Part shown: positions 1 through 12,500 of the stretch, piece by piece
How positions within the stretch are numbered: the stretch's first letter is position 1
Layout of the letters: every line of letters starts with the position of its first letter
Assembly (NCBI RefSeq): GCF_006345805.1
Contig: NC_043008.1
Coordinates: forward strand, 64,604,001 to 64,668,000
Reading direction: 5' to 3'
From: Octopus sinensis
Taxonomy: Eukaryota
DNA: 64,000 bases
Notes under the pieces: model-generated
The model's input: the letters and a program-made list of their open reading frames with translations, nothing else
Told to the model about the DNA's origin: nothing
The model's database searches: none
Program-made: the position numbers and the translations under genes

Positions 1-1921
1 GATAAGTATACTTGGTATCAGATTATAAATGAGTACAGATGGCATGAGATTGTAGAAGAGTATACTTGGTATCCGATACTAAGTATACTCATCTACAATT
101 TGATATCAAGTCTACTCATCTAGAATAAGATACCACGTACTCTCATCAATAATTTGATAGCATGTATATATACCCATCTACATTCTGACGCCAAGTATAC
201 TCATCTACAATCCGATACCAGGTATACTCATCTAGAATTAGATATCACGTATACCATCAAAAAGTTGATACCATATATACTCATCTACATTCTGATACCA
301 AGTATACTCGTCTAAAATCTCATACCAACTATACTCATCTATAATCTGATAACAACTATACTCATCTACAATCTGATACCAGGTATACTCATCTAGAATT
401 AGATACTACGTATACTCATCAATAATTTGATACCATGTATGCTCATCTACATTTTGATCCCAAGTATACTCGTCTAAAATCTCATTCCAACTATACTAAT
501 CTATTATCTGATACCAAGTATACTCATCTACAGTCTGATACCAAGTATACTCATCTAGAATTAGATAGCACGTATACTCATCAATACTTTGATACCATGT
601 ATACTCATCTACATTCTGATACCAAGTATACTCGTCTACAATCTCATACTAACTATAATCATCTAAAATCTCATTCGTCTAAAATCTCATTCCAACTATA
701 CTAATCTATAATCTGATACCAATTATACTCATCTACAATCTAATACCAAGTATATTCATCTAGAATTAGATACCACGTATACTCATCAAAAATTTAATAC
801 CATGTATACCCATCTACATTCTGATAGCAAGTATACACATCTACAATCTTATACCAACTATACTTATCTATAAACTGATACCAAGTATACTCGTCTACAA
901 TTTGATATCAAGTATACTCATCTAGAATTAGACACCACGTATACTCATCAATAATTTGATACCATGTATACTCATCTACATTCTGATACCAAGTATACTC
1001 CTCTACAATCTGATACCAACTATACTCATCTATAATCTCATACCAAGTATACTCATATACAATCTAATACCAAGTATACTCATCTAGAATTAGATACCAC
1101 GTATACTCATCAATACTTTGTTACCATGTATACTCATCTACATTCTGATACCAAGTATACTCGTCTACAATCTCTAACCAAGTATACTCATCTATAATCT
1201 GATACCAAGTATACTCATCTAGAATTAGATACCACGTATACTCATCAATAATTTGATACCACGTGTACCCATCTACATTCTGCTACCAAGTATATACGTC
1301 TAAAATCTCATACCAACTATACTCATCTATAATCTGATAACAACCATACTCATCTACAATCTGATACCAGGTATACTCATCTAGAATTAGATACCACGTA
1401 TACTCATCAAAAATTTGATACCATGTTTACTCATCAACATTCTGATAGCAAGTATACACATCTACAAACTTATACCAACTATAATCATCTATAATCTGAT
1501 ACTAAGTATACTCATCTACAATTTGATATCAAGTCTACTCATCTAGAATAAGATACCACGTACTCTCATCAATAATTTGATACCATGTATATATACCCAT
1601 CTACATTCTGATGCCAAGTTTACTCATCTACAATCCGGTATCAGAATGTAGATGAGTATACATGGTATCAAAGTATTGATGAGTATACGTGGTATCTAAT
1701 TCTAGATGAGTATACTTGGTATCAGATTGTAGATGAGTATACTTGGTATCAGATTATAGATTAGTATAGTTGGAATAAGATTTTAGACGAGTATACTTGG
1801 TATCAGAATGTAGATGAGTATACATTGTATCAAATTATTGATGAGTATACGTGGTATCTAATTCTAGATGAGTATACTTGGTATCAAATTGTAGATGAGT
1901 ATACTTGGTATCAGATTATAG
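1..1921. repeat. Satellite array: 27-bp monomer (approx. GATACCAAGTATACTCATCTACAATCT) in a 6-monomer, 162-bp higher-order repeat, with orientation flips at ~73 and ~1637
   Basis: The diagnostic monomer CTAGAATT/A recurs at 393, 555, 760, 922, 1084, 1219, 1381 and 1543 (mostly 162-bp spacing; one 135 = 5 monomers). Segments 1-72 and 1638-1921 are the reverse complement of 73-1637. Confidence 0.95.
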
Positions 1922-3459
1922 AGAGAGACAGAGACACACAGAGATAGTATATTTTCTTGTAAATCTGAATGTATATATATTAAGGGCACAAAGTTTGATG
2001 AGTACCAAGAAATAATGTAGAATTTCTGGAATGAAAAACTGAAATGAATTTAGAACACGTCGATGAAGGTCACAAGAGTTGGTTGGGAGCCAGTGATCAA
2101 AACGAAAGCATAATCAACAGGAACGCTGGTACATTTGATAAACAAAGATTATAAAAATTTGAAAATGAAAGAAGTTGAGGAAGTTAAATTCGATAGAAAA
2201 ATAAAGATACTTATTCCAAGCATTCTTAAGTTACTCTGACGTTGATATTTTGCTGTATTTACAAACCACGAGTTTTGGTTTTTTCTATGTTTATAATAAC
2301 ATATCTGCAATTAGTTTGTGTGTCTTATCTAAGTTACTGTTGCTTAACTCATGATCGGCTCTGTTCCAACTGAGAAATGATCAACGGAGTTTTAACGGTT
2401 GTCCATCAATCTTCTCTGCCCACTGTTTCTGAGAGGATAGCGAGGTGTTGTGCCCTCTGGAACTTACTTCAAATCCCAACAATCAACTATGGCTTTCATT
2501 CATAGTGTCGATAGAATAAAATAACAGTTGTGTAGCCCAGTATCGACAAACCATTTTCCTTGAACGTGTGGCTTTGTGCCTATGTTAAAATGTTTATATA
2601 AACGTTATGTCATAGATACAGTGACGTAATAATACGCGCTACGTAATAAAACAAACCAATATGGCGTATAATTTTTTTCAGCAGTTCATATATTGAAGCT
2701 ATAAATATTTGTAATGATATACATACATCAATAATATACAAACAGAAATGTTCTTTTAAAGATGCAATGAGGTGTGATCTGATATGTATATATGCCCAAC
2801 ATGGATATGTATACGTTGTCTGAATATGGGTATACAGGTCGTTTCTGTTGGTATTTGTATTTGTTCCGTTTATATGTTATCGCTCTTGTGGCTTTATGGG
2901 TTGGAGGGGGCTGTTTCTTTGCTCGGTGTATGTTGAGTAGGAGTGTCAATGTGTCTGTGTGTCTATGCGTTACGCATGTGTTATAAAGAAGTGTGCTGTG
3001 CATTTCTTAAATATGTTAAACATACATATTCCTAATGTACATGTGTCATTGTCTCTAATGATGTACTTACGAAAAGTTTTATTCTCTGCATGTTCATTCG
3101 TCGTGTATGTGAGCAATCGTGTGGATATGTATACAGCCCTGATTAACCAGGTTTGTGTCCAAAAGCGTTCCAGTTGTTATCATCTCATTGTTCTGCAATG
3201 AGAATCATCTCATTGTTCTGCAATGAGATATAGGAACCTAACATATATTATCAAATATATTCTTCTTTAAGATGGTGGGATATGATCAGAGGATAACTGC
3301 GCTGGAATTTCTAGCAAAGCAATTAGCCACGTACAGGATCTCTAATTGGCCAGCGCGTGTATTCATTAGAAATAAATATGTATATATATACATCTATATA
3401 TATATGGTGTGTGTGTGTATATGCATATCTGTATATATACATGTACATATATATCTCTC

Positions 3460-3873
3460 TTTTATTCTCTTTTACTCTTTTACTTGTTTCAGTCATTTGA
3501 CTGCGGCCATGCTGGAGCACCGCCTTTTAGTCGAGCAACTCAACCCCGGGACTTATTCTTTTTGTAAGCCCAGTACTTATTCTATCGGTCTCTCTTGCCG
3601 AACCGCTAAGTAACGGGGACATAAACACACCAGCATTGGTTGTCAAGCAATGCTAGGGGGACAAACACAGACACACAAACACACATACATATATATATAT
3701 ACATATATACGACAGGCTTCTTTCAGTTTCCATCTACCAAATCCACTCACAAGGCATTGGTCGGCCCGGGGCTATAGCAGAAGACACTTGCCCAAGATGC
3801 CACGCAGTGGGACTGAACCCGGAACCATTTGGTTGGTTAGCAAGCTACTTACCACACAGCCACTCCTGCGCCT
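3460..3873 (-). mobile_element. tRNA-headed SINE, family A (full length, internal AT/AC microsatellite)
   Basis: Minus strand begins AGGCGCAGGAGTGGCTGTGTGGTAAG (A-box-like), has GGTTCAGTCCC (B-box-like) and ends in a (GTAAAAGA)n tail. Homologous to many other copies in the window. Confidence 0.9.
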
Positions 3874-4014
3874 ATGTATATATGTATATATATTTCTATA
3901 TATGTACACATATGTATATATATATACATGTATATGAATGTATATGTATATCTATGTATGTGTATGTATATATATACTTATATGTATATATATATATATA
4001 TGTGTATGTATATG

Positions 4015-4049
<35 letters not shown>

Positions 4050-4060
4050 ATATATATATA

Positions 4061-4474
4061 GGCGGCGAGCAGGCAGAAACGTTAGCGCGCCGGGCGAAAT
4101 GCTCAGCGGTATTTCGTCTGCGTTACGTTGTGAGTTCAAATTCCGCCGGAGTCGACTTTGCCTTTCATCCTTTCGGGGTCGATAAATCAAGTACCAGTTA
4201 CGCACTGGGGTCGATGTAATCGACTTAATACCTATGTCTGTCCTTGTTTGTCCGCTCTGTGTTTAGCCCCTTGTGGGTAATAAAGAAATAGGTATTTCGT
4301 CTGTCGCTACGTTCTGAGTTCAAATTCCGCCGAGGTTGACTTTGCCTTCCATCCTTTCGGGGTCGATAGATAAAGTACCAGTTTCGGACTGGGGTCGATG
4401 TAATCGACTTAATCTATTTGTCTGTCCTTGTTTATCCTCTCTATGTTTAGCCCCTTGTGGGTAGTAAAGAAATA
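4061..4474 (+). mobile_element. SINE family B: head plus two tandem 183-bp body units
   Basis: Head GGCGGCGAGCAGGCAGAAACGTTAGC. The body starts GGTATTTCGTCTG at 4108 and again at 4291; GAGTTCAAATTC is B-box-like. Confidence 0.9.
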
Positions 4475-4727
4475 TGTGTGTGTGTGTGTGTGTGTGTGCG
4501 TGTGTGTGTTTGTGTGTAAAATATAGAATCAGTAGCGTATATAATACGACTTGCTAAAATCTGAACCAAGGCTCCAAAATTACCATAAACTCACACTAAT
4601 GATACACACGAACTAACGTACTGAATGCTCAAGAAGCAGAGGTTAAAATGTTATTTACAGTTGATGATCCCAGAGTTGGTTGGTCACATCACAGTGTGAA
4701 ATCAACTGGTATTGAAATATTGAATAA

Positions 4728-4970
4728 AGGCGGCGGGCTATCAGAAAGGTTAGCAGGCCGGGCGAAATGCTGAGCGGTATTTCTTCTGCCGTTACGTTCT
4801 GAGTTCAAATTCCGCCGAGGTCGACTTTGCCTTTCATCCTTTCGGGGTCGATTAATTAAGTACCAGTTACGCACTGGAGTCGATATAATCGACTTAGGTA
4901 ATCCGTTTGTCTGTCCTAGTTTGTCCCCTCTTTGTTTAGCCCCTTGTTGGTAGTAAAGAAATAGGTATTG
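4728..4970 (+). mobile_element. SINE family B, single unit
   Basis: Homologous to 4061-4290. GGTATTGAAATAT is repeated at 4708-4720 and 4964-4976. Confidence 0.9.
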
Positions 4971-5517
4971 AAATATCCATTACTTACTGATGTGTGCATA
5001 TATATATATATATATATGTATATATAAATGTATGTGTGTGTATATTTATATATATATGTATATTTATGTATACACATACTTTTATAGCCACTAAACCTTT
5101 TCTAAAATTTTCAACTATTTATGAATTGAATTAAAGAATTTCATGTTATTTTCTCATGTTTCGTTGAGTCAAACTTAAATTTATGATTATTGTTACATGA
5201 TTTTGTTGCATACATCGGAAACGTGAACAGACATACACCCCACCCCACCTGCACCCACCACACACACACACACACACCACACACACACACGCATATACAC
5301 ATACGTTTCTTGATTTCATTCGTTGCCATAAAACAAACACGTTGCGAGTAAATTCTTATAGCATATCATTCTCCGGATTTGAACTGAGAGCAGCTTTGAT
5401 AAAAGTATAATTCGCTTGCGGTTAACATTACTATATTTGATCATTCTGATCAAAGCTAGCTACAATACACACCTGAACATAACCATCGATAGTTTTAATG
5501 GGAGTTGACAGGTATTA

Positions 5518-5746
5518 GCTGGCAGAAACGTTAGCACGCCGGGCGAAATGCTTAGCGGTATTTTGTCTGTCGTTACGTTCTGAGTTCAAATTCCGCCGAG
5601 GTCGACTTTGCCTTTCATCCTTTCGGGGTCGATAAAGTAAGTACCAGTTACGCACTGGGGTCGATATAATCGACTTAATCCGTTTGTCTGTACTTGTTTG
5701 TCCCCTCTATGTTTACCCCCTTGTGGGTAGTAAAGAAATAGGTATT
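5518..5746 (+). mobile_element. SINE family B, slightly 5'-truncated
   Basis: Homologous to 4061-4290. AGGTATTA is repeated at 5510-5517 and 5740-5747. Confidence 0.9.
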
Positions 5747-6188
5747 AAAGAAACTGTTTTCGTGATTAAAGATAAAGGGAACCTTCAAAAATGTTTGTTA
5801 AAAAGAAAGGCCTTGATTTAATATCTCGGTAAAAATCATATTTCCAGGCGGAGGTTATGCCTTTCGTCCCATATTCATAAGACATCTCACATCTCTCTCT
5901 ACTATTTAACTATCTTACGTTTCACACAGGGCTGATAAATATTTTAAGCATAGCTTTTACACACGTATCTGACTACAAAAGTACAGTCGCACGCCGTGCA
6001 TATTTCTTTTTATTCAAAGTTATTGAAACAACTTGTCAGTTATATCATCTGCATTACATTCAAATCATTCAAATTATTCAAACCATAAGCGCATACATAT
6101 TGTCTTGTTTTTATTATGCATGTGATTTAGAGCACGTGACCGTGTATGTACATGTGTTTTTGTATTTATGTAAATGTATTCGGTCGTT

Positions 6189-6347
6189 TCTGTGTGGTAA
6201 GTAGCTTGCTAACCAGCCACATGGTTCCGGGTTCAGTCCCACTGCGTGGCATCTTGGGCAAGTGTCTTCTGCTATAGCTCCGGGCCGACCAATGCCTTGT
6301 GAGTGGATTTGGTAGACGGAAACTGAAAGAAGCCTGTCGTATATATG

Positions 6348-6406
<59 letters not shown>

Positions 6407-6672
6407 ATATAATATATATATATATAATATATATATATATATATGTATATGTGTGTGTGTGTGTGTGTGTATATGTTTGTGTGTCTGTGTTTGTCCCCCT
6501 AGCATTGCTTGACAACCAATGCTGGTGTGTTTACGTCCCCGTCACTTAGCGGTTCGGCAAAAGAGACCGATAGAATAAGTACTGAGCTTACAAAGAATAA
6601 GTCCCGGGGTCGATTTGCTCGACAAAAGGCGGTGCTCCAGCATGGCCGCAGTCAAATGACTGAAACAAGTAA
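6189..6672 (+). mobile_element. SINE family A (near full length, expanded internal (AT)n/(GT)n)
   Basis: Reverse-complement match to 3460-3873, including shared diagnostic variants. Confidence 0.9.
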
Positions 6673-6817
6673 TATATACATATATACGACGGGCTTCTTT
6701 CAGTTTCCATCTACCAAATCCACTCAAAAGGCTTTGGTAGGCCCGAGGCAGTGGGACTGAGCCCGGAACCATGTGGTTGGTAAGCAAGCTACTTACCACA
6801 CAGCCACTCCTACGCCT
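6673..6817 (-). mobile_element. SINE family A 5' half with internal deletion, abutting the previous copy in inverted orientation
   Basis: CGACGGGCTTCTTTCAGTTTCC...CCACACAGCCACTCCTACGCCT; about 30 bp of the consensus is missing after GCCCGAGGC. Confidence 0.85.
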
Positions 6818-6879
6818 AGGAGTGTATATACTAATTAGTATACATACTAATCTAGGAATAGTCTAGAATTGAATAACTG

Positions 6880-7460
6880 ATTACCCTAATAATGACGGCG
6901 ATGAAAATTTTGAGGATGAGGATGAGGAGGAGGAGGTGGATGAGGAATGGGGGGAGCTGGAAGTAAAAGACGATGACAACAATGATGATGATAACGATAA
7001 TAACTATGGTTACAATGATGATGATGATGATGATGATGATGATATTAATGGATGATGTTAACGACGACGACGGCGATGACGACAAAGATGTTAAGAGTGC
7101 TGATCAAGACGATGACAATAAATATGATGATAGGGGAGTAGGATGAAGGTGATGAGAACGACGACGACGAAGATGACGAAAACGACGACGAAGACGATGA
7201 TTTTGATGATGATGATGATGACGATCATCATCATCATCATCAAAATCATCATCATTGAAGTCGTCGTCACCACCACTACTACCACCACCATGATCTTGAT
7301 GATGATGGTGATGATCATGATGATGATGATCATCATCATCATCACCATCATCATCATCACCATCATCATCAAGATCATGGTGGTGGTAGTGGTGGTGACG
7401 ACGACCTCAATGATGATGATGATGATGATGATGAGAGGATGAATGTGATGGTGGCGTCAG
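6880..7460. repeat. Compound trinucleotide tract (GAT/CAT/GAC/GTG) containing nested palindromes
   Basis: Direct reading; the ORF translations on the two strands mirror each other. Confidence 0.9.
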
Positions 7461-7789
7461 TGATGGTGAACTATCATTATACAGTAACAACAGTATAGTG
7501 TCTGTAAGCAATAACTTCGTATATATGCAGACATATCACCGCCAGAATTAAAATTAAAAAAAAAATATATATATATATTCTTTCGTCTAAGAAACCAGTT
7601 AAATATTGGAGCAGAGCAATATTGCAATAACGATTTACTTTAGAAGGCTAATGTATCCTGAGTGGATTCTTTACTGATATACAGATAGCAAAGGTGAAGA
7701 GATTGTGTATTCATTACGATACTTTGATAAATATTAATTAAAGACGCCTAGCGTGATGAAGTCAACAGGAAAATGGACAATGCATATAC

Positions 7790-7848
7790 ATACAGACATA
7801 CATGTGTGTGCGTGTATATGTGTATATATTTATATATATATATATATG

Positions 7849-7890
<42 letters not shown>

Positions 7891-8180
7891 ACATATATAT
7901 ATTGTATGTATGTATATATGTATGTATGTATAGATATATGTATATATATATATGTATGTATATATGTATGTATATATGTATATATATATATATATATACA
8001 TATATATATACATATATACATACATATATATATATTATATATATATATATTTATATATATATATGCATAATTATTTTTATATATATATGTATGTATATTT
8101 TTATACACACATGCACACCCATGCACATATTATTGTATGTATATATGTGTGTGTGTGTGTATATGTATATATACTTAGAT
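7790..8180. repeat. (AT)n/(ATGT)n/(ATAC)n microsatellite block, representative of many (e.g. 20900-21110, 27890-28070, 29880-30230, 43020-43680, 44540-44900, 50790-50990, 56580-57090, 63060-63250)
   Basis: Direct reading; source of the YIYI/CVCV ORFs in the track. Confidence 0.95.
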
Positions 8181-8674
8181 AATTAATGAAACTAGAAATG
8201 TTTGTTTCTGTAATATACTACAGTACACATTCTTACTTACATCTGTTTGTATACATACATACATACATACAAACATGCACACTCAGACACATAATATTTA
8301 TATACACATTTGCACACGTCCTCACATCCCAGCCAACACTGCGTGATTAACTTAATTTTAATTAAAAACACTGCACAGTCTTAAAATCTAACAACATACG
8401 ATATCAATATGAAGAGATGAAGGGAGAACCTAACTTTTATCAAACTTTCACGAGATTTCATTAGTAACTAAGTAACCGTTTCTAACTGGCCATGGTGATA
8501 TTGTATCTGTAGTAGTTATTGTTATGTATTTATTAAACCATAATACTGATTTGCATAAATAAGGCATCTTTGGAAGTTAGTTCCTTTAATGAAATAACGA
8601 AATATTAATAATGCTCGGAGATATATTCGTGTGTACATAGATGTGAGAACTTGTTAGTATTTCGTCGATTATGC

Positions 8675-8940
8675 TGACGCGGGTTCCAGTTGATCCGATC
8701 GACGGAACAGCTTGCTCGTGAAATTAACGTACAATACAAGTGGTTGAGCACTCCACAGACACGCGTACACTTATCGTAGCTCTCATGGAGATTCAGCGTG
8801 ACACCGAGTGTGACAAGGCTGGGCCTTTGAAATACAGGTAATACTCATTTTTGCTGAGTGAGTGAAGTGGAGCAACGTGAAACAAAGTGTCTTGCTCAAG
8901 GACTCAACGCGCCACCGGGAATACCCAACCACTAAGCCAC
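8675..8940 (-). mobile_element. tRNA-headed SINE (different family), head partly deleted
   Basis: Minus strand GTGGCTTAGTGGTTGGGTATTCCCGG...CTTGAGCAAGACACTTTGTTTCACGTTGCTCC shares its central block with 32819-33152 and 47185-47515 but has a different 3' half. Confidence 0.75.
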
Positions 8941-8995
8941 TTCAAATATATCAGTGACGCGCTAAACTGTTTTATGGTGTTTGTAACTCTCTCTT

Positions 8996-9095
<100 letters not shown>

Positions 9096-9330
9096 CTATC
9101 TCTCTTGTTTTCCAAAGAACTCTATAGAGACTCCAAAATGTCGGTAGACACAAAATAATAGATTAATTAAAATCAAAACATAGATTTACATATCTAGGTT
9201 TTATTATACAGCTAATCGCATAATTTTTTTTTGTCAAAGAAAGATGTGATTAACTGTATAATTGAACACTGATATGTAAATCTATGTTCTCCTTAATATA
9301 TATATATATATATATATTTATATGTAAAAA

Positions 9331-9447
9331 AATACAAACTGGGACAAGAACGCAAAACATTTAGAAGACTATACAAAAAACACGGACGGGACATTCGAAG
9401 CCTTCAATCTTCAGTCAAGAATCGGATCATCCTCGCAATTTCGGCTA
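9331..9447 (-). mobile_element. Fragment of a dispersed repeat (family I), probably a PLE 3' terminal region
   Basis: Homologous to 24178-24365 (same orientation) and 59420-59620 (opposite orientation). Confidence 0.7.
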
Positions 9448-9492
9448 TCATATATCGCGTTAATGAGTAGTGAGAAAAACATGAATTTTCAA

Positions 9493-9630
9493 CAGCGAGC
9501 TGGTAGAATCGTTAGCAGGCCTGGCAAAATACTTAGCGGCATTCTCTCCGTTTTTATATGTTCTGTGCTCAAATCCTGTCGAAGTCGACTTCACTTTCCA
9601 TTCTTTCGGGCTCGATAAAATAAGTAGCCA
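9493..9630 (+). mobile_element. Diverged SINE related to family B (older family C/D)
   Basis: GCGAGCTGGTAGAATCGTTAGC...GTCGACTTCACTTTCCATTCTTTCGGGCTCGATAAAATAAGTA aligns to the family B head and core. Confidence 0.7.
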
Positions 9631-12329
9631 TATTGATGTCACGATAAACATTACTTCTCAGTATAGTTACTACTTTAATCCCGCTGAGATTTTCTAACTA
9701 GCTACTTTTCTTATATGTTTATACATACAAACAAACACACAAACACACACACAGAGCTATGTCTCTAAATCTTAAGGGAGGTAGTAATGAGACACTTCAT
9801 TCGTAACAATATATCAAATCAAAAATGTGAAAGACGAACCCCCAGTTAGTGAGCGAAAGTATATTTCAGAGGGATTTATTTCAGATGATACGTAGCAATA
9901 ATTCATTAGCATAAAGACTTTATCTTCATTTGTTACAAACGTGTCATACGTTGGAAATCTCAGAAGTAGGTCAGTGATGTGATATAATTCATTTGCTTAT
10001 TATATAGGAACTGTTGTTTTACAAAAATCTCTTAGAAATTTTGAGTACATAAGTACGTACATAAGTATAAACGTACAAACACTAACACTCAGATACTGCG
10101 TGATTTTAGAAGCACGTGCATATGTATTTGCATACACCTATGTATCTACCTGTATATAACTTTACATTCACATATACCGTGCTGTTATGTGATGGTAAGA
10201 TCAACGAAAATGAATTGCATCGGGTGAGATATAAATATTATTTAATGAGCACACTGTATGTTTTTATGTGCTACTATTAGCTTTATTTAATGAAAGCATG
10301 CCGGTAGTAATTTTTAATACATCTGGTGTCCCAGCACAATCTTCAGGCACTGCCTACATAGACTAACAAGCTAAAAATGGGACGATAGAATGAGGGAAAA
10401 ATCGAAAAAAAGGCGAGAATGAAGTAGATATAAATGGTGGAAAGTTGAAACTGAAAACGAAAAAGAAAACAGAAAGAAGCAAAAGGAGAGAATTAAAGTT
10501 ATTTCCCTTTGAACTGTAGAATATAAGGCAGAAAAGATAGCGGTTTAGAGTCTAAGATACATACATATACATGTATACATAGGATCATGATGAAGTCATA
10601 GTGAGGGCTAACATGCCGGTGTGTCTTGGGCATTTTTAGACACCGTGGAGCTGGCCATCCTGCTTTGAGCCTTGCTACAGTTGATTTCCTTCAAATATTA
10701 GAAAAACAGGCGTAACTAGAGAGAAGAAAAGGCAAGAATCCGTCCCAATAAAAGATATGCACGTTATTTATGGGCACCGAAATGATGAAATGATAGATGG
10801 TACTATTGAGTTTAAGTCACAGCATATAGAGTTGAAACGATTAGCGCTTAAACGAACCTACAACAGTTGTCTTATATTTATGTATCTGTGCGTGTGTGTG
10901 TGTGTGTGTGTGCGCGCGCGCGCGTTTGTGAGCGTGTCTAGGTTTGTACGTGTTTATGGATATGTATATATGTAGGTTTGTATATGTCTGTATTTTATAT
11001 CATTGCTTGACTTAGGAAACGATATTAAAGGGGAATGTTATTTACTTGGAGTCTTCTAGTGCGAGATGCAACAAATCAATGGGCATTCTTCCTTGTATTC
11101 GGTGCCGCTGTGTCACGGTCATTTCATCATTTGACCCTGTTTGCCAATCTTACTTGCATCCTGAATTGCAAAAATAGATTAGTGAATGGTCTGCTACCAG
11201 CCCACGCATCTGGAGGTGAAGTTTGACCACTGGTAACGGTGAACGTGGAGACATCAAGAGATATCTCCAACTTCTTTTCCCCTACCCCTCTGTAAGAGTA
11301 TCCAGCGATGAATTCACCATACTGCAAGGTATTGTGCAGTCATATTACACCCTGAAAATTTACGCTACCCAACGCATGTACTTCATCCAGAGAAATATAT
11401 CCATAATTATTGCATACACCTGTTTGACGACATCAATGCTAGTGGTTAAGTTACTTCAGTTAACGTTAACGATGGTGCGGACTCGGCGTTAATGAAATCA
11501 CTGAAGAAGTCCCAGGAGAAGAGAGAGGTCGATACCAGGTTTCTACAGATGCTCGTTCTTGTGTCTGTCTTCAAATGCATTTTGTTTTAGAATATCTTAA
11601 TTCAGCCTAGCACATGTTTGCACTTGTTGGCATGTTTTTTGGTAAAGATTAAAATTGAGTGAACTGGTGGTTTGATGTGTGAAGGCATTTTGTCCTGGGG
11701 TCTGAAGCTTAAGACTTGATGTCTCCATATTGTTCACAAATAGGGGGACAGAGAGTCATTGGGTTGCTGCAATATCACAAGTACAACTGGATCATCTATG
11801 TTGAAATTTTTGATCAACTATACTGATATACCTTCTCTGTATGTGGGACAGCAAAGCTTTAGAGAAGCATTGGCTTTAGAATAATTGACCTCCAAGATCT
11901 AACTTCAAACCTTGTGAACAATATCAGGATCGATGAGATGTAAACATGATGGTTGACTATTGTTTGAATATGAAACGAAATTGTCCACAGATTGAATACT
12001 TCAGGAACTGCTATAAGCGTAAATTTTTTATCTAAAATACTTTCACACAATATACTTCTATGAACAAAATAAATTTGTACAGACATTGGAGTCAATTAAT
12101 GTTTTATCATTTTCCATTGTCTTTAATTTTTAAAAATATTGTATACACAAAGTTGTTAGATTCGGCAATTTTATGTTGTTCTTTGTTTTTGAGACAAAGT
12201 GAGAGTATCTTGTAGCTCGAAAAGTAGACGTGATACAGAGAAAAAGGGATAACTTTTGGATTCAGAAGCCAAAAGTTAGTCAAAATCCAATATCAATTCT
12301 AACTCGACTAAATTTATGTTCCCCGGTGT

Positions 12330-12500
12330 AATTGTTTCTAACATAGGCACCCAGCCTAAAATTTGAAAGGAAAGGGCAGTCAATTAAATCGATTGCAGTG
12401 CTTCACTGGTGCTTTACTTTATCGGAAAGGTAAAAGGCGATGATAACCGAGGCAGGATTTGATCTCAGATGTAATGAGAAGGAACAAATACTACAAAACA
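12330..12500 (-). mobile_element. Highly diverged family C/D SINE remnant
   Basis: CTAACATAGGCAC...CACTGGTGCTTTACTTTATCGGAAAGG...GGCAGGATTTGATCTCAGA weakly matches the reverse complement of the B/C core. Confidence 0.45.

Noticed and set aside
1-1921. Regular short repeats as a CRISPR array, or ORF 435-704 as a His/Tyr 9-aa repeat protein
   Set aside because: There are no unique spacers (the intervening sequence is itself repeated), the context is eukaryotic with no cas genes, and the reading frame hits TAA in many higher-order copies.
6340-6440. Recurrent single-base phase slips (AA/TT) in long (AT)n runs as a code or periodic signal
   Set aside because: Typical of slippage or long-read consensus error; no consistent spacing.
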